This document shows positions 1-13,086 of a stretch of 64,000 nt of DNA, piece by piece. The position numbers were made by a program, and so were the translations under genes. The stretch lies in the NCBI RefSeq assembly GCF_009914755.1, contig NC_060937.1; one strand, 5' to 3'. The notes beneath the pieces are model-generated. The model did no database searches and had not been told where the DNA came from. It saw only the letters and a list, made by a program, of their open reading frames with translations. Every line of letters begins with the position of its first letter. Position 1 is the first letter of the stretch. Source of the DNA: the human T2T-CHM13v2.0 reference genome, Homo sapiens.

Positions 1-2902
1 AGCTAGTGTAATAAAGAAGAAAAGAGAGAAGAATCAAATAGACATGATAAAAATGACAAAGGGGATATTACCACTGATCCCACAGAAATACAAACTACCA
101 TCTGAGAATACTATAAACACATCTACACAAATAAACTAGAAAATCTAGAAGAAATGGATAAAGTCCTGGACACATACACCCTCCTAAGACTAAAGCAGGA
201 AGAAGTCGAATCCCTGAATAGACCAATAACAAGTTCTGAAATTGAGGCAGTAATTAATAGCCCACCAACCAAAAAAAGCCCAGGACCAGACAGATTCACA
301 GCAGAATTCTCCTAGGGTTACAAAGAGGAGTTGGTACCATTCCTTCTGAAACTATTCTAAACAATAGAAAAAGGACTCCTCCCTACTCATTTTATGAGGC
401 CACCATCATACTGATACCAAAACCTGGCAGAGACACAACAAAAAAAGAAAATTTCAGGCTGATATCCCTGATGAACATTGATGCAAAAATCCTCAATAAA
501 ATACTGGCAAACCGAATCCAGCAGCAAATCAGAAAGCTTATCCACCACAATCAAGTCAGTTTCATCCCTGGGATGCAAGGCTGTTTCAACTTACACGAAT
601 CAATAAACGTAATCCATCACATAGAACCAATGACAAAAACCACATGATTATCTTAATAGATGCAGAAAAGGCCTTCAATAAAATTCAATACTCTTCATGC
701 CAAAAACTCAATAAACTAGGTAGTGATAGAACATATCTCAAAATAATAAAAGCTATTTATGACAAACCCATAGCCAATATCATACTGAATGGGCAAAAGC
801 TGGAAGCATTCCCATTGAAAACCAGCACAAGACAAAGATGCCCTCTCTCACCACTCCTATTCAACATAGTATTGGAAGTTCTGGCCAGGGCAATCAGGCA
901 AGATAGAGAAATAAAGGGTATTCAAATAGGAGAAGAGAAAGTGAAATTGTCCCTGTTTGCAGATGACATGATTGTATATTTAGAAAACTCCATCATCTCA
1001 GCCCAAAAACGCCTTAAGCTGATAAGCAGCTTCAGCAAAGTCTCAGGATACAAAATCAATGTGCAAAAATCACAATCATTCTTATACACGAATAGACAAG
1101 CAGAGAGCCAAATCATGAGTGTACTACCGTTCACAATTGCTACAAAACAAACAAACAAAAAAACCTAGGAATACATCTTATAAGGGACGTGAAGGACTTC
1201 TTCAAGGAGAACTACAAGCCATTGCTCAAGGAAATGAGAGGACAGAAACAAATGGAAAAACATTCCATGCTCATGGATAGGAAGAATCAATATCGTGAAA
1301 ATGGCCATACTGCCCAACATAATTAATAGATTCAATGCTATTCCCATCCAGTTACTATTGACTTTCTTGACAGAATTATAATAAACTACTTTAAATTTCA
1401 TATGGAACCAAAAAAGCTTGTATAGCCAAGACAATCCTAAGCAAAAAGAACACAGCTGGAGGCATCACGCTACCTGACTTCAAACTGTACTACAAGGCTT
1501 CAGTAACCAACACACCACGGTACTGGTACCAAAACAGATATATAGACCAATGGAACAGAACAGAGGCTTCGGAAACAACACCACACATCTACAACCATCT
1601 GATCTTCAACAAACCTGACAGAAACAAGCAATGGGGAAAGGATTCCCTATTTAATAAATAATGCTGGGAAAACTGGCTAACCATATGCAGAAAACAGAAA
1701 CTGGACCCCTTCCTTACACTTTATACAAAAATTAACTCAAGATGGATTACAGACTTAAACATAAAACCTAAAACCATAAAGCCCTAGAAGAAAACCTAGG
1801 CAATACTATTCAGGGCATAGGCATGGGCAAAGACTTCATGACTAAAACACAAAAAGCAATTGCAACTAAAGCCAAAATTGACAAATGGGATCTAATTAAA
1901 CTAAAGAGCTTCTGCACAGGAAAAGAAACTATCATCAGAGTGACCAGACAACCTACAGAATGGGAGAAAATTTCTGCAATCTATCCATCTGACAAAAGTC
2001 TAATATCCAGAATCTACAAGGAATTTAAACAAATTTACAAGAAAAAACAACCCAATCAAAAGTGGGTGAAGGATATGAACAGGCACCTCTCAAAAGAAGA
2101 TATTTATGTGGCTGACAAACCTATGAAAAAAAGCTCATCACCACTGGTCATCAGAGAAATGCAAATCAAAACTGCAATGAGATACCATCTCACTCCAGTT
2201 AGAATGGCAGTCATTAAAAAGTCAGCAAGCAACGGATACTGGAGAGGATGTGGAGAAACAGGAATGCTTTTACACTGTTGGTGGGAGTGTAAATTAGTTC
2301 AACTATTGTGGAAGACAGTGTGGCGATTCCTCAAGCCTCTAGAACCAGAAATATAATTTGACCCAGCAATCCCATTAGTGGGTATATACCCAAAGGATTA
2401 TAAATCATTCTACTATAAAGACACATGCACACGTATGTTTACTGCAGCGCTATTCACAATAGCAAAGACTTTGAACCAACCCAAATGCCCATCAATGATA
2501 GACTGGATAAAGAAAATGTGGCACATATACACCAAGAAAATATTATGCAGCCATAAAAAAGAATGAGTTCATGTCCTTTGCAGGGACATGAATGAAGCTG
2601 GAAACCATCATTCTCAGCAAACTAACACAGGAACAGAAAACCAAACACTGCATGTTCTCACTCATAAGTGGGAGTCGAACAACGAGAACACATGGACACA
2701 GGGAGGGGAACATCACACACCAGGGCCTGCCGGGGTTGGGGGCAAGGGGAGGGAGAGCATTAGGACAGATACCTAATCCATGCGGGGCTTAAAACTTAGA
2801 TGACGAGTTGATAGGTGCAGCAAACGACCATGGCACAATTATCCCTATGTAACAAACCTGCACGCTCTGCACATTTATCCCAGAATCTAAAGTTAAAAAA
2901 AA
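1..2902 (+). mobile_element. LINE-1 (L1PA7/8-like), ORF2 RT-to-C-terminus plus 3'UTR and short poly(A); 5' part outside window
   Basis: ORF fragments with L1 ORF2 motifs ([41 protein letters not shown]); L1PA 3'UTR; many stops/frameshifts. Confidence 0.95.
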
Positions 2903-3208
2903 TCTTCCCTTGAATCACATCTGCATTTACACACATCATCCTCTGGTAAAATGACAGATATATGACCTGATTTTTCTGGTAAGAACTAATGAGAACATTT
3001 TATATTTGCCTCATCCTTAACAATTTACAGAGGTATATAACATTCATCTTTTCATGCCCAGTTGTACAATTTCATGGCTCTGAAGCACTTAGATTTAAAT
3101 CATCTCTTATTTTCAGAAAAACAAAATAAGCCAGCAAAATGATGAAAATAAAATCAGCTAGCTAGAATCTCCTAATATATGTACAAAACCAATCATTTTC
3201 TTTGTTAC

Positions 3209-3266
3209 CTTTTAAGCTCCTGGCTGCAATGCTGTCCAAGAAAGCCTCAGTTTGCTCTTCTATGTT
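3209..3266 (-). pseudogene. Probable diverged counterpart of the penultimate ANKRD26 exon (58 bp, phase 0 to 1)
   Basis: tatcctaacAG|...|GTaac; NIEEQTEAFLDSIAARSLK; position and phases fit the MQQELEKNITRELKE exon, but similarity is weak. Confidence 0.4.
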
Positions 3267-3473
3267 CTGTTAGGATATAAAGCCAAGAAAAGAAACAAGG
3301 TCGAGTCTTCACTTAACATGGGCTTATGCTACTTTTCTCTGCATTAAGGAGGTCATAAAAACCCCACCAAAATTATAAATGAAAGTTCATTGATTGAAAT
3401 GATTATTTTAGTAACAATGATACACAAAGAAAACTAGTTGCTGTTTATTTATTTTTGTTCAACCAATGCTTTA

Positions 3474-3955
<482 letters not shown>

Positions 3956-4991
3956 TTTTGTAATTTTCCCCCACTTGAAAAATGGTCAAACATTACACAA
4001 GTGTCTTAAACTGGGTCAAGCATGATTGAACTACCCTTTCCCTTACAATCTCTACAATTGCTATAGCTTGTCATTGTTGGATTTATTTTTAGATTCCCAG
4101 AAATGGACTCTTACCATGAGTGAAATCACATGATTGAACTGGAAGGTTCCTGTCACATTTCCAGGGTAGACAGCGACCATGCATGGCTTTTCATGGAATT
4201 CTGGGAAGGAAGAATATAATTAATTCTGTTTGGTGTATTGGCGAGTTAACGACTTTATATCACTACCATATTAGTTGCCAATCATTCAAGTGATGACAAG
4301 ATAGACATCTGTGAACTTTATTTTAAAAATTCAAATATTTGCTTGATTTAACTACTTAAAAGTTGTTGTACAATTGCCCAGCAATAGACATATTTTACAA
4401 AAATTGAGATGAAAATGTTGCAAGTACAACAGCAATTAACAATGTACTCTTATGTAAGAAAATGACAAAACTTTTAACTTATAAATTAATCTTTTATAGT
4501 GTCACAGGTGTATTTAATTCATAAAAATTGTTTATCTTAGACTCCTTTAAATAATAAACAACCATTTGTGATTAAATGTTAAGGTACCAATCATTTACAT
4601 AAGATTAGGAGTGGAAAGCTTTACAAGTGTTGTGAACAACAGCCATATTAACATCAACTAGAAAGTAAGCCAAAGCATCTCTAAGTTTACCTCTAGTTAC
4701 TAGGCAATAACATTCAATTTCTAAAACCTAACAAATACAGCTTTTAAAGGATTTAAATGCATCCTTTTACTTACAGTTATTGAATAGAATTAGCAATTGG
4801 GTCGCTCCTGAAAATGAGAGCTCCAGGGACTTAAACTGTAAAATTATTTCCTCCCTTTATTAACACAGATAATTATGACCTTTACTTAACTATTGTGAGG
4901 CAATTAAGCAACTCAATATATTTCACTAAATAAACTGCAAGAATTACATCAGAAATCTGAAAGCTAAAGAAAAAAAGATTATATAGCTAAC

Positions 4992-5217
4992 CTTAAACAA
5001 GTAGTCATCTACACTGTTATTTGAAGTTCATGAGCATGAGGTAGGGATCCTTAGATTTTCTCTTGGAATATGATTTCTGTTGAGATCTAAACCATTATTA
5101 ACATTTCACATACAAGGTGACTCTAGAACTGGCCTTGTACTATGAGCAGTGGATAAAGATCTGGTCTTCTCTCTCTACATCAGAGGCTTGGTTGCCTCTA
5201 CTACCCTCTCATGAGTT
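4992..5217 (-). pseudogene. ANKRD26 exon-32 equivalent, three in-frame stops
   Basis: cAG|a THERVVEATKPLM*REKTRSLSTAHSTRPVLESPCM*NVNNGLDLNRNHIPRENLRIPTSCS*TSNNSVDDYLFK|GTtag; matches ANKRD26 [28 protein letters not shown]. Confidence 0.9.
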
Positions 5218-6114
5218 CTGTGAAGAGTACGAGAAACGAATGCTTAGTATTTCATTTTTTTTTCCTAAATAATTCCTCCATAATTTGCATTTTTGATGAC
5301 ATTCCCAGCAACAGTGTTTTAACTATGAAAATAGGTCAGAGCATGACTACTGTATGCAATTATAGTTTTGAAGTTGTCCTAAAGAATTATATATACTTCT
5401 AGGGGGATTTCTAACAAATAAGTAATTCAAAAAAGTAGGGAGTGGGGAGAAATGACTATCAATGATATATGGCTTAACAGATAACACTTGCTGCCTCCTG
5501 GTTCTGAGAATGCCATTAGAAATACTGATATATAAAGAAGAACTATGTGAGATGATGAATATGTTAATTTGCTTGACTATAACCACTTCACTGTGTATAA
5601 ATGTATCAAAATATCATGTTGTATTCCTTAAATATGTGCAATAAAATAAATTAAATGAAAATAAGCTAGAGATATTTGTATTTAGTAAACCAGTGTAGAG
5701 ATTTAAAAAAAATCCCTCAAAGACATTTTCAAGCATTTGCTTTTACCATGTTTGTACATTTCACTCATTATGTGGGAAAAATTAAGCATTTGGCACTGAG
5801 GTATAATTCAGAGCAACGCCTCCGAGGGGAGGATGATATAGTGGAGCTGGTGACCAAAGAGATCTAAAGCAGCTCCAAACTCAATTAGCTCCTAACATTG
5901 TGAGCCAGCTATTGGAGGTGGGGCCTGCCCATTCTGGCTTCCATACGTCCCCTCAGGCTGACTGAGGTGTTATTTTTAACCATTTGTGAATTATACTTCC
6001 CTTTACTCCTGTATTAATCATTCCCTATTTCACAAGTATATCTTTATGTAGAACGGCAAAACTAGACAGGCTATTTTTGTCTCCAGGTGCCCTCTTGTGA
6101 TAATACCAAAGATC

Positions 6115-8180
6115 ACAATCAAGGAAAATCTAGAAGACCTGATCAGAGGAATCACAGATAATGAGATTGAACCAGTAATAAGTTCACAAAAAAAGAAAGA
6201 CCCCAAACCAGATAACTTTACTGATGAATTCTACTAATCATTTACAGGAAAACTAACACCAATTCTTCTCAAACCACTTCAAAATCTTCCTAGTTTGTTC
6301 TATAAGGTCAGCATTATCCTGATATCAAGACTAGAAAGGGGATGACAACAACAAACTACAGGCCAATAACCCTGATGAACGCAAATGCAAAAACTCTCCA
6401 CAAAATACTAGCAAACTGAATCCAGTAACACCACAAAAAGTTAACACCCCAGGATAAAGTAGGACTTCTCCCTGGGATGCAAGGATGGTTCAACATATGT
6501 AAATCAATAAACATCATACATCTCATCAACAGAATGAAGGGAAAAACACATACAACTATCTCAACAGATGCAGAAAAGCATCTGATAAGATTCATGAGAA
6601 AAACTCTCAACAAATCAAGCACACAAGGAACATCCCTCAACATAATAAAGGTCACATAAGCAAAGCCACAGCTAACATCATACTGAATAGCGAAAAGCGG
6701 AAAGCCTTTCCTCTAAGAACTGGAACAAGACAAAGATACTCACTCTCACCATTTGTATTCAACACAGTACTAGAATTCCTAGCCAGAGCAAGTGGCTGAG
6801 AAAAAGAAATAAAGGGCATCCACATTGGAAAAAGAAGTCAAATGGTCTCTCTTTGTAGATGACCTTATCTTAAAGAAAGAAAAACCTGGGAGGGGGAGGG
6901 ACAGCATTAGGAGATATATCTAATGTTAAATGACAAGTTAATGGGTGCAGCACACCAACATGGCACATGTATACATATGTAACTAACCTGCACGTTGTGC
7001 ACATGTACCCTAAAACTTAATGTATAATAAAAAAAGAAAAGAAAAAAAAAAGAAAAGAAAAACCTAAAGACTCTACCAAAAAAGTCTTAGAACTGATATA
7101 CAAATTTAGTAAAGTTGCAGGATACCAAATCAGCATACAAAAATCAGTAGTGCTTCTATACATCAAATGAACTAGCTGGAAAATGATCAAGAAAGCAATC
7201 CCACTTATAATACCTACAAAAAGATTAAATAGGAATAAATAAGGTAAAAGATCTCTATGAGGAATACTAAACAGTACTAATGAAAGAAACTGAAGAAGAT
7301 ACAAACAAATGGACAGACATCCCATGGTCATGAATTGGAAAAAAAAATCATACTGTTAAAATAACCATACTATCCAAAGCAATCTACAGATTCAATGTAA
7401 TCCTTATCAAAATACCATTGTTTTTCAAAGAAATTGAAAAAGCAATCTTAAAATTTGTATGGAACTGAAAGAAGATCCCGAACAGCCAAATCACTCCTGA
7501 GCAAAAAGAACAAAGCTGGAGAAATTGCACTACTTGACTTCAAAATATATTAAGAGGCTATAGTATCCAAAATAACATAGTGTTGATATGAAGACAGGTA
7601 CGTCAGTGAAACAGATCTGAAAACTGAGAAATAAATCCATGTATTTACAGCCAACTGATTGTCAACAAAGGTGCCAGGAAGATACACTGGGGAAATAACA
7701 CCGTTTTCAATAAATGATGCTGGGAAAACTGGATATCCATAGGCAGAAGAATGAACCTGGGTCCCTTCCTCTCATTATATACAAAATGCACTCAGAATGG
7801 ATTAAAGACTTAAACATAAAACCCAACATTATAAAATTACTGGAAGAATACCTAGGAGAAATGCTTCAGGACATTGGTCTAGGTAATGATTTTATGGTTA
7901 TGATTCAAAAGTACAGCCCAAATCCTCAAAATAGACCATTGAGACTACGGTGAAATAAAAACCTGCTGCAAACAAAGGAAACAGCCAACAGAGTAAAGAG
8001 GCAATCTGCAGAATGGGTGAAAGTATTCGCAAACAATTCATGTGACTAGGGACTAATATCTGGAATACACAAGGATCTGAAACAACAATTTTAAAAAGTC
8101 CAATTAATGGTACTAAGGATCTGAAGAGATATTTGTCCAAAGAACATGTACAAATCGACAAGAAAGTAGATAAAAAATAT
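6115..8180 (+). mobile_element. Old L1 (L1MA-like) ORF2 fragment, interrupted by a young L1 3' end
   Basis: [19 protein letters not shown] and other degenerate ORF2 segments. Confidence 0.9.
6888..7053 (+). mobile_element. Very short 5'-truncated L1PA 3' end with poly(A)
   Basis: L1PA terminal ~140 nt plus A tail; 12-bp TSD AAAGAAAAACCT at 6876-6887 and 7054-7065. Confidence 0.92.
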
Positions 8181-8599
8181 CAGTGAGATATCTGTGAGAC
8201 TGTGAGAAAAGTGAAAAGCAATGTAAAATTAAGGGATAAGTGTCTTGCACAGACTAGACAGGTGCTGAAGCATATGGCCAGTGACAGAACAGTGAGGGAA
8301 AGTTTCATGAAAAAGGGAAAATTGGGCTCCAGGTCTGAAAGAACGAGGCTAGATAAACAGAAGCTGAAAAGTCAGGAAGGACAGCATGGGTAATGCAAAG
8401 AGATGGTGAAATCAGCCCAATAACTTGAGGATAAAATCCAACAGCAGTGGGGAAAAAATAAACATATGTCCACACACAATAACATTCAACTGATGAATGG
8501 ACAACTGGTATGTCCACACAATAGAATATTATTCAACCATAAAAAGAAATAAAGTACTCATGCATGGTATGACACAAATGAACCCTGAAAACATTCTAA

Positions 8600-9511
8600 G
8601 ACGGTTTCAATACATGTTCCCTCCAAACGTCATGTTGAAATGTAGCTGTCAGTGTTGGAGGTGGGGCCTGATGGGAGGTGTGTGGATCATGGGGGAATGA
8701 ATGGCGTAGCACCATCCCCTTAGTGGTGAGTGAATTCATGCGAGATCTGTTTGTTTAACTGTGTGTGGCACCTCCCCCTCTCTCTTGCTCCCCTTCTTGC
8801 CAGGTGACGTGCCTGCTCCCCTTCCCCCTCCACCATGCTAATAAGCTTCCTGGGGCCTCACCAGAAGCAGAACAGATTTTGTGGCCATGTGTGTACAGCC
8901 TGCAGTACCATGAGCCAGTTAAACCTCTTGTCTTTATAAAAGACCCTGCCTCAGTTATTCCATTATAGCAACCATCCCCAAACTTTTTGGCACAAGGGAC
9001 TGGTTTCACGGAAGACAATTTTTCCATGGACCAAGGAGCAGAGGGATGGTTTCAAGATGTTTCATGCATATTACATTTATTGCACACTTTATTTCTATAA
9101 TTATTATATTATAATATACAATTAAATAATTATACAACTCACCATAAAGTTGAATCAGTGGGAGCCCTGAGCTTCTTTTCCTGCAACTAGAGTGTCTCAT
9201 CTGGGGGTGATAGGAGACAGTGACAGATCATCAGGCATTAGATTCTCAGAAGGAGTGTGCAACCTAGATTCCTTGCATGTGGGTAGTTCACAATAGGGTT
9301 CATGCCCCTATGAGAATCTACTGTCACAGCTGATCTGACAGGAGGTGATACTCAGGGGTAATGCAAGTGATGGGGAGCGGCTGTAAACACAGATGAAGCG
9401 CTGCTCACCTCCTGCTGTGTGGCCTGGTTCCTAACAGACCATGGATCAGTACTGGTCCTTGGCCTGGGAGTTGGGAATCCCTTCTTTGTAACACAAAAAT
9501 GGCCTAATACA
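8600..9511 (+). mobile_element. MSTA/MSTB (ERVL-MaLR) solo LTR split by MER1A
   Basis: tcatgttgaaatgta...ggaggtggggcctg...catgagccagttaaacctc; terminal ggcctaataca at ~9501-9511. Confidence 0.85.
8969..9482 (-). mobile_element. MER1A (hAT-Charlie) DNA transposon
   Basis: ~513 bp; ccccaaactttttggcac...gaagacaatttttccatgg and ttgggaatccc termini. Confidence 0.88.
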
Positions 9512-10103
9512 CGTGCAAAGTGAAAGAAGTCAGTCATAAAAAGTTGCATTTTGTATGATGCTATTTGTATGAAATGGTCAGACAGGTATAACCTATGGAG
9601 ACAAAAAGTAGAGGGTGGTTGCCTAGGACCAGGCAAGGTGGAAAGACTTGAGTAGGGGATGCAGCCAGTGATGGCTAAGTGAAATGGGGTTTCATTTCAG
9701 GGAGAAAAAAATGTTCTAAAATTAATTGTAGTGATGGTTACACAACTCTGTGAATATACTGAGACAGTGAATCATATACTTTAAATGGTTGAATGGTATG
9801 GTATGTGAATTATAGCTCCATAAAATTGTTTTAAAAAAATCCAATGGTGGGATCTAGAAAATTTTCTTCTATCTTAATTATTTTCTTAATTCTTAATTTC
9901 TCTATTTTTCATGTACATACTATACATGATCTGAATATTTCTGTGCTTTTACAATATATTTAAAATAAAAGGAACATAAAGAAAACGCCTAACTTTTCAA
10001 ATAGCTTGTAAATTAATCTAAAATATTAGCATTTTTGCCAAGAGGATAATGGCTTTTCTGTATAAGTTATCCTGACATCCGTTAAATAAATATACAATTA
10101 TCC

Positions 10104-10205
10104 TATTTCTTGTCTTTACTTTTGTGAATGGATACAGTTGCGTATCTGAATGGATACAGATACTGTTGTGTCTGTATCCATTTATAAAAGTAAAGACAAG
10201 AAATA
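10104..10205. repeat. 34-bp inverted repeat (hairpin) with an internal partial third copy
   Basis: 10104-10137 versus reverse complement of 10172-10205: 32/34 identical. Confidence 0.92.
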
Positions 10206-10210
10206 TTATA

Positions 10211-10495
10211 ATTTTTTTTTTTTTCTAGACAGAGTCTCGCTCTTGTTGCCCAGGCTGCATCTCGGCTCACCGCAACCTCCGCCTCCCAGGTTCAGGCGAT
10301 TCTCCTGCCTTCAGCCTCCCAAGTAGTTGGGATTACAGGCATGTGCCACCGCACTAGGCTAATTTTGTATTTTTAGTAGAGACAGGGTTTCTCTATGTTG
10401 GTCAGGCTGGTCTCGAACTCCCAACCTCAGGTGATCCACCTGCCTCAGCCTCCCAAAGTGCTGGGATTACAGGCGTGAGCCACCGCTCCCGGACT
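10211..10495 (-). mobile_element. AluSp/Sq-like SINE with a small internal deletion
   Basis: TSD AGAAATATTATA at 10199-10210 and 10496-10507; cgctcttgttgcc diagnostic. Confidence 0.93.
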
Positions 10496-10612
10496 AGAAA
10501 TATTATAGTTTTCTAGAACATTCTATCGAATGTTGAATTTGGTCTTCGAAAACGCTTTGTATTGTTTAACCAGCTGTAGATTAACTGTTGATGTGTTCAA
10601 TTTCGTTTGTAC

Positions 10613-10764
10613 ATGACTTCTGATTTGCCCTCATTTCTTCTTTGACTCTTGTGTGCCCTCTTCTAAATGGATGTGACAATGGGATGTAACCTCTAGTGAC
10701 GCCTCTGACATAGATTGTTTTTAAGGGTATCTGCCAATTCTTGTTGAAGTTGTCTTGCAACTAC
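10613..10764 (-). pseudogene. ANKRD26 exon-25 equivalent, 1-bp deletion and stop
   Basis: VVARQLQQELADTLK/fs/QSMSEASLEVTSHCHIHLEEGTQESKKK*GQIRSH; 152 bp. Confidence 0.92.
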
Positions 10765-12161
10765 CTGATTTTTTTTCTGCCGATTTTATAAATCACCTTA
10801 TTATTAAATTATGTTAACATTTAATTCTAACATATATACATAACAAATATATCACCATGTACATTGACTTACCTTCTTTTCTTCATGGGTTCACGTTCCT
10901 GTTTATTACTGAATTCAGTTAAGGACACAGAAGGTGTTATCTTCCTGCCAAATCTCTATTGTGTTACTTAGACAACAGATTCACCCCCACTATTCATTCA
11001 TACCCTGATGAACATTCAATGCCTAATAACCTACTGAAGTCTCACAGAGAAATGGGTACGTGGGAGGGTCTGGTGGTGGTAAATTCTGCACTGTGAAATG
11101 TTTTCCTTCGTTTTTATTAGAAGCTCAAACCAACCTCAGAGCTCCTCACATAGTCAATCGCCTGCTCAAATCTTTCCAATAGATTCCTATTTCAGAATAA
11201 AAGGAAAGTTCCAGGGCCTCCGAGGCCCTAGGTAAACTGGCCTCCACCTTCCTCCCTGATCTCGGCTCCTACAACTCTGTTCCCCACTACTCACTCCTTT
11301 CCCACTATACGTGTATCCCTGTCACCCCTCACTAGTCTGAAAATAGGGTTCCAATGCTAAACTAATAAATCACATAGAGCTACAATGATCTTTGTACAGG
11401 ACAAAGTGATATTCAAATGATAGTCATGGAGCCTTGAGATGAAAATTATGAACAAATTATTTGTAAAGATATTCAAAGTAAATTACACATAACAGTGAGA
11501 AGATTAAATCAAACAAGGCTTTGATAACATTCACCACATTTGTCCCTAATGTTGATTTAATAAAAAGTATATGCCTTTAAAGAATTGAGTGGTCATTGCA
11601 ACACATAATTTGAGATGGACATATTTTCAGATTCAAGTCGAATGGACATGAATAAAAATAAAATTATGCCAAATAAAATACATAAAAAGCTACTGATGTA
11701 GAAGTATTATGAGATTCAGTCATACACTCCAGTTCACCTGGGAAAACTGGAATTAACTGTCAAAATAACTCACTGAACTGAATTTTAAGTTTAAAAGTAC
11801 TCATTCTAGGAGTAATCATTTCCATTCATCTGCTTCATCATGGTCTTCACGTAAAGACGTTAAAATTATTCTATCAGGAGTATAAGACTGCTTTATTAAT
11901 ACTAGTCTATATCTATTAACAACTTGTAACAACCTCCTAAAATTTCATAGGTGACAGTATGTCTTTACTCAGAGTAAAGCATCTCTCAGGTCTAACTTTT
12001 ATTTACTGAGAATAAGGTATGTTTTTAGGCTGATATAGCAAATACCTTGACAATCCATCTATCTTCATATTCAACTCCATTCAACATTTAGCCATAACCA
12101 GATATTACTTTACATTTTCTTTCAGAAAGTTTGAAAAGTATTTATCTTTCTTGATACTTAC

Positions 12162-13086
12162 TTCTCTTTCTGCTTTCTCATTTCCCTGTTGTTGAAGCCT
12201 TTTAAAAAAATGATTGCATTCGTTGATTAATGTCTGATTTTTCTCTTCTAGCTTTTCTTTCTCAGCTTGAAGATTTTTCACAGTAGCACGAGATTGGTCT
12301 TGGATAGTAATTATTGTCTTTTCTTGATTGTCAGCTTTGTTGTAAGCATCATCCAGTTGCTGTGGAAGCAACATATTTTCACTCTGCAGTTGAGACAGCC
12401 TCGCCTCTACAGATTCCTGCTTTCCAATGAATTCCTTCAGTTACATTGTTTATTTTGATACATTTGTTGAATTTCCTGGATTTGACACTGGGTTTGGCGT
12501 AGGTCTCTTCCCATGCATTCTGAAACAAACCTCTTTTCTGCTTTTCTGTAAGAGCATCTCTTGTGTGTTGGAACTTAAGGCTTAGGCTTTCCAAGTTACT
12601 TTGAGTTCTAGACAGTTGCTGAGAACGAAGGACACTGTTAGCTTTTAGGTCATCAAAATTCATTTTCTCCGGTAAATGAAACCATTCATCTTTTGCTCCC
12701 TGGAAAGCAAGTTCCACGTCTCTTTTGGATGTCTCACTTTGTTCACAATCACGTCTAACAGCAGCCAGTCTGCAACGGTGTGATTCAACTTCTGTCTCCA
12801 GGCTTTCTTTCTTTTGTTTTTCCCTCTCCAGTTGAGAATGGAGCATGGTATTCTCAGCTGTCAGGACACCAAGCTGTGCAGTATACTCGGATATCATTGT
12901 TGTTAATATTTCCCCATTCCGTTTTATTGTCTTTTGCAGGTCACCAATGTCCTCAAAATAGTTCTTTTTATTTTCCTCGTTCTGTTTTTCTATTGTGTCT
13001 ATTTCCAGTCTGAGGGTGGCAATTTCGTCCTGCAACATGCGATTTTCATGCAACAGATCTTGTACTTTGTCATGGCTGTGAGGAAT
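12162..13086 (-). pseudogene. Large coiled-coil exon (ANKRD26 exon-24 equivalent), frameshifted
   Basis: IPHSHDKVQDLLHENRMLQDEIATLRLEIDT...EKAERE|GTaagt; 8-bp tandem duplication at 12533-12548 and 1-bp deletion near 12440. Confidence 0.95.

Larger units (their letters stand above)
8455..9838 (+). mobile_element. L1MB-like 3' end hosting a nested MST LTR and MER1A
   Basis: L1M 3'UTR sequence at ~8455-8600 resumes at ~9512-9838. Confidence 0.75.

Noticed and set aside
644-2792. 174-aa and 177-aa ORFs, and the 190-aa ORFs at 27376 and 37329
   Set aside because: Fragments of L1 ORF2 in truncated or disrupted elements; not host genes and not retrotransposition-competent.
4115-4835. Exon-like segments 4775-4835 (FKSLELSFSGATQLLILFNN) and 4115-4200 (FHEKPCMVAVYPGNVTGTFQFNHVISLM) with good splice sites, suggesting a second gene
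   Set aside because: No recognisable protein match, joining them creates TAA at the junction, and they sit inside an ANKRD26-family intron; at most cryptic exons.
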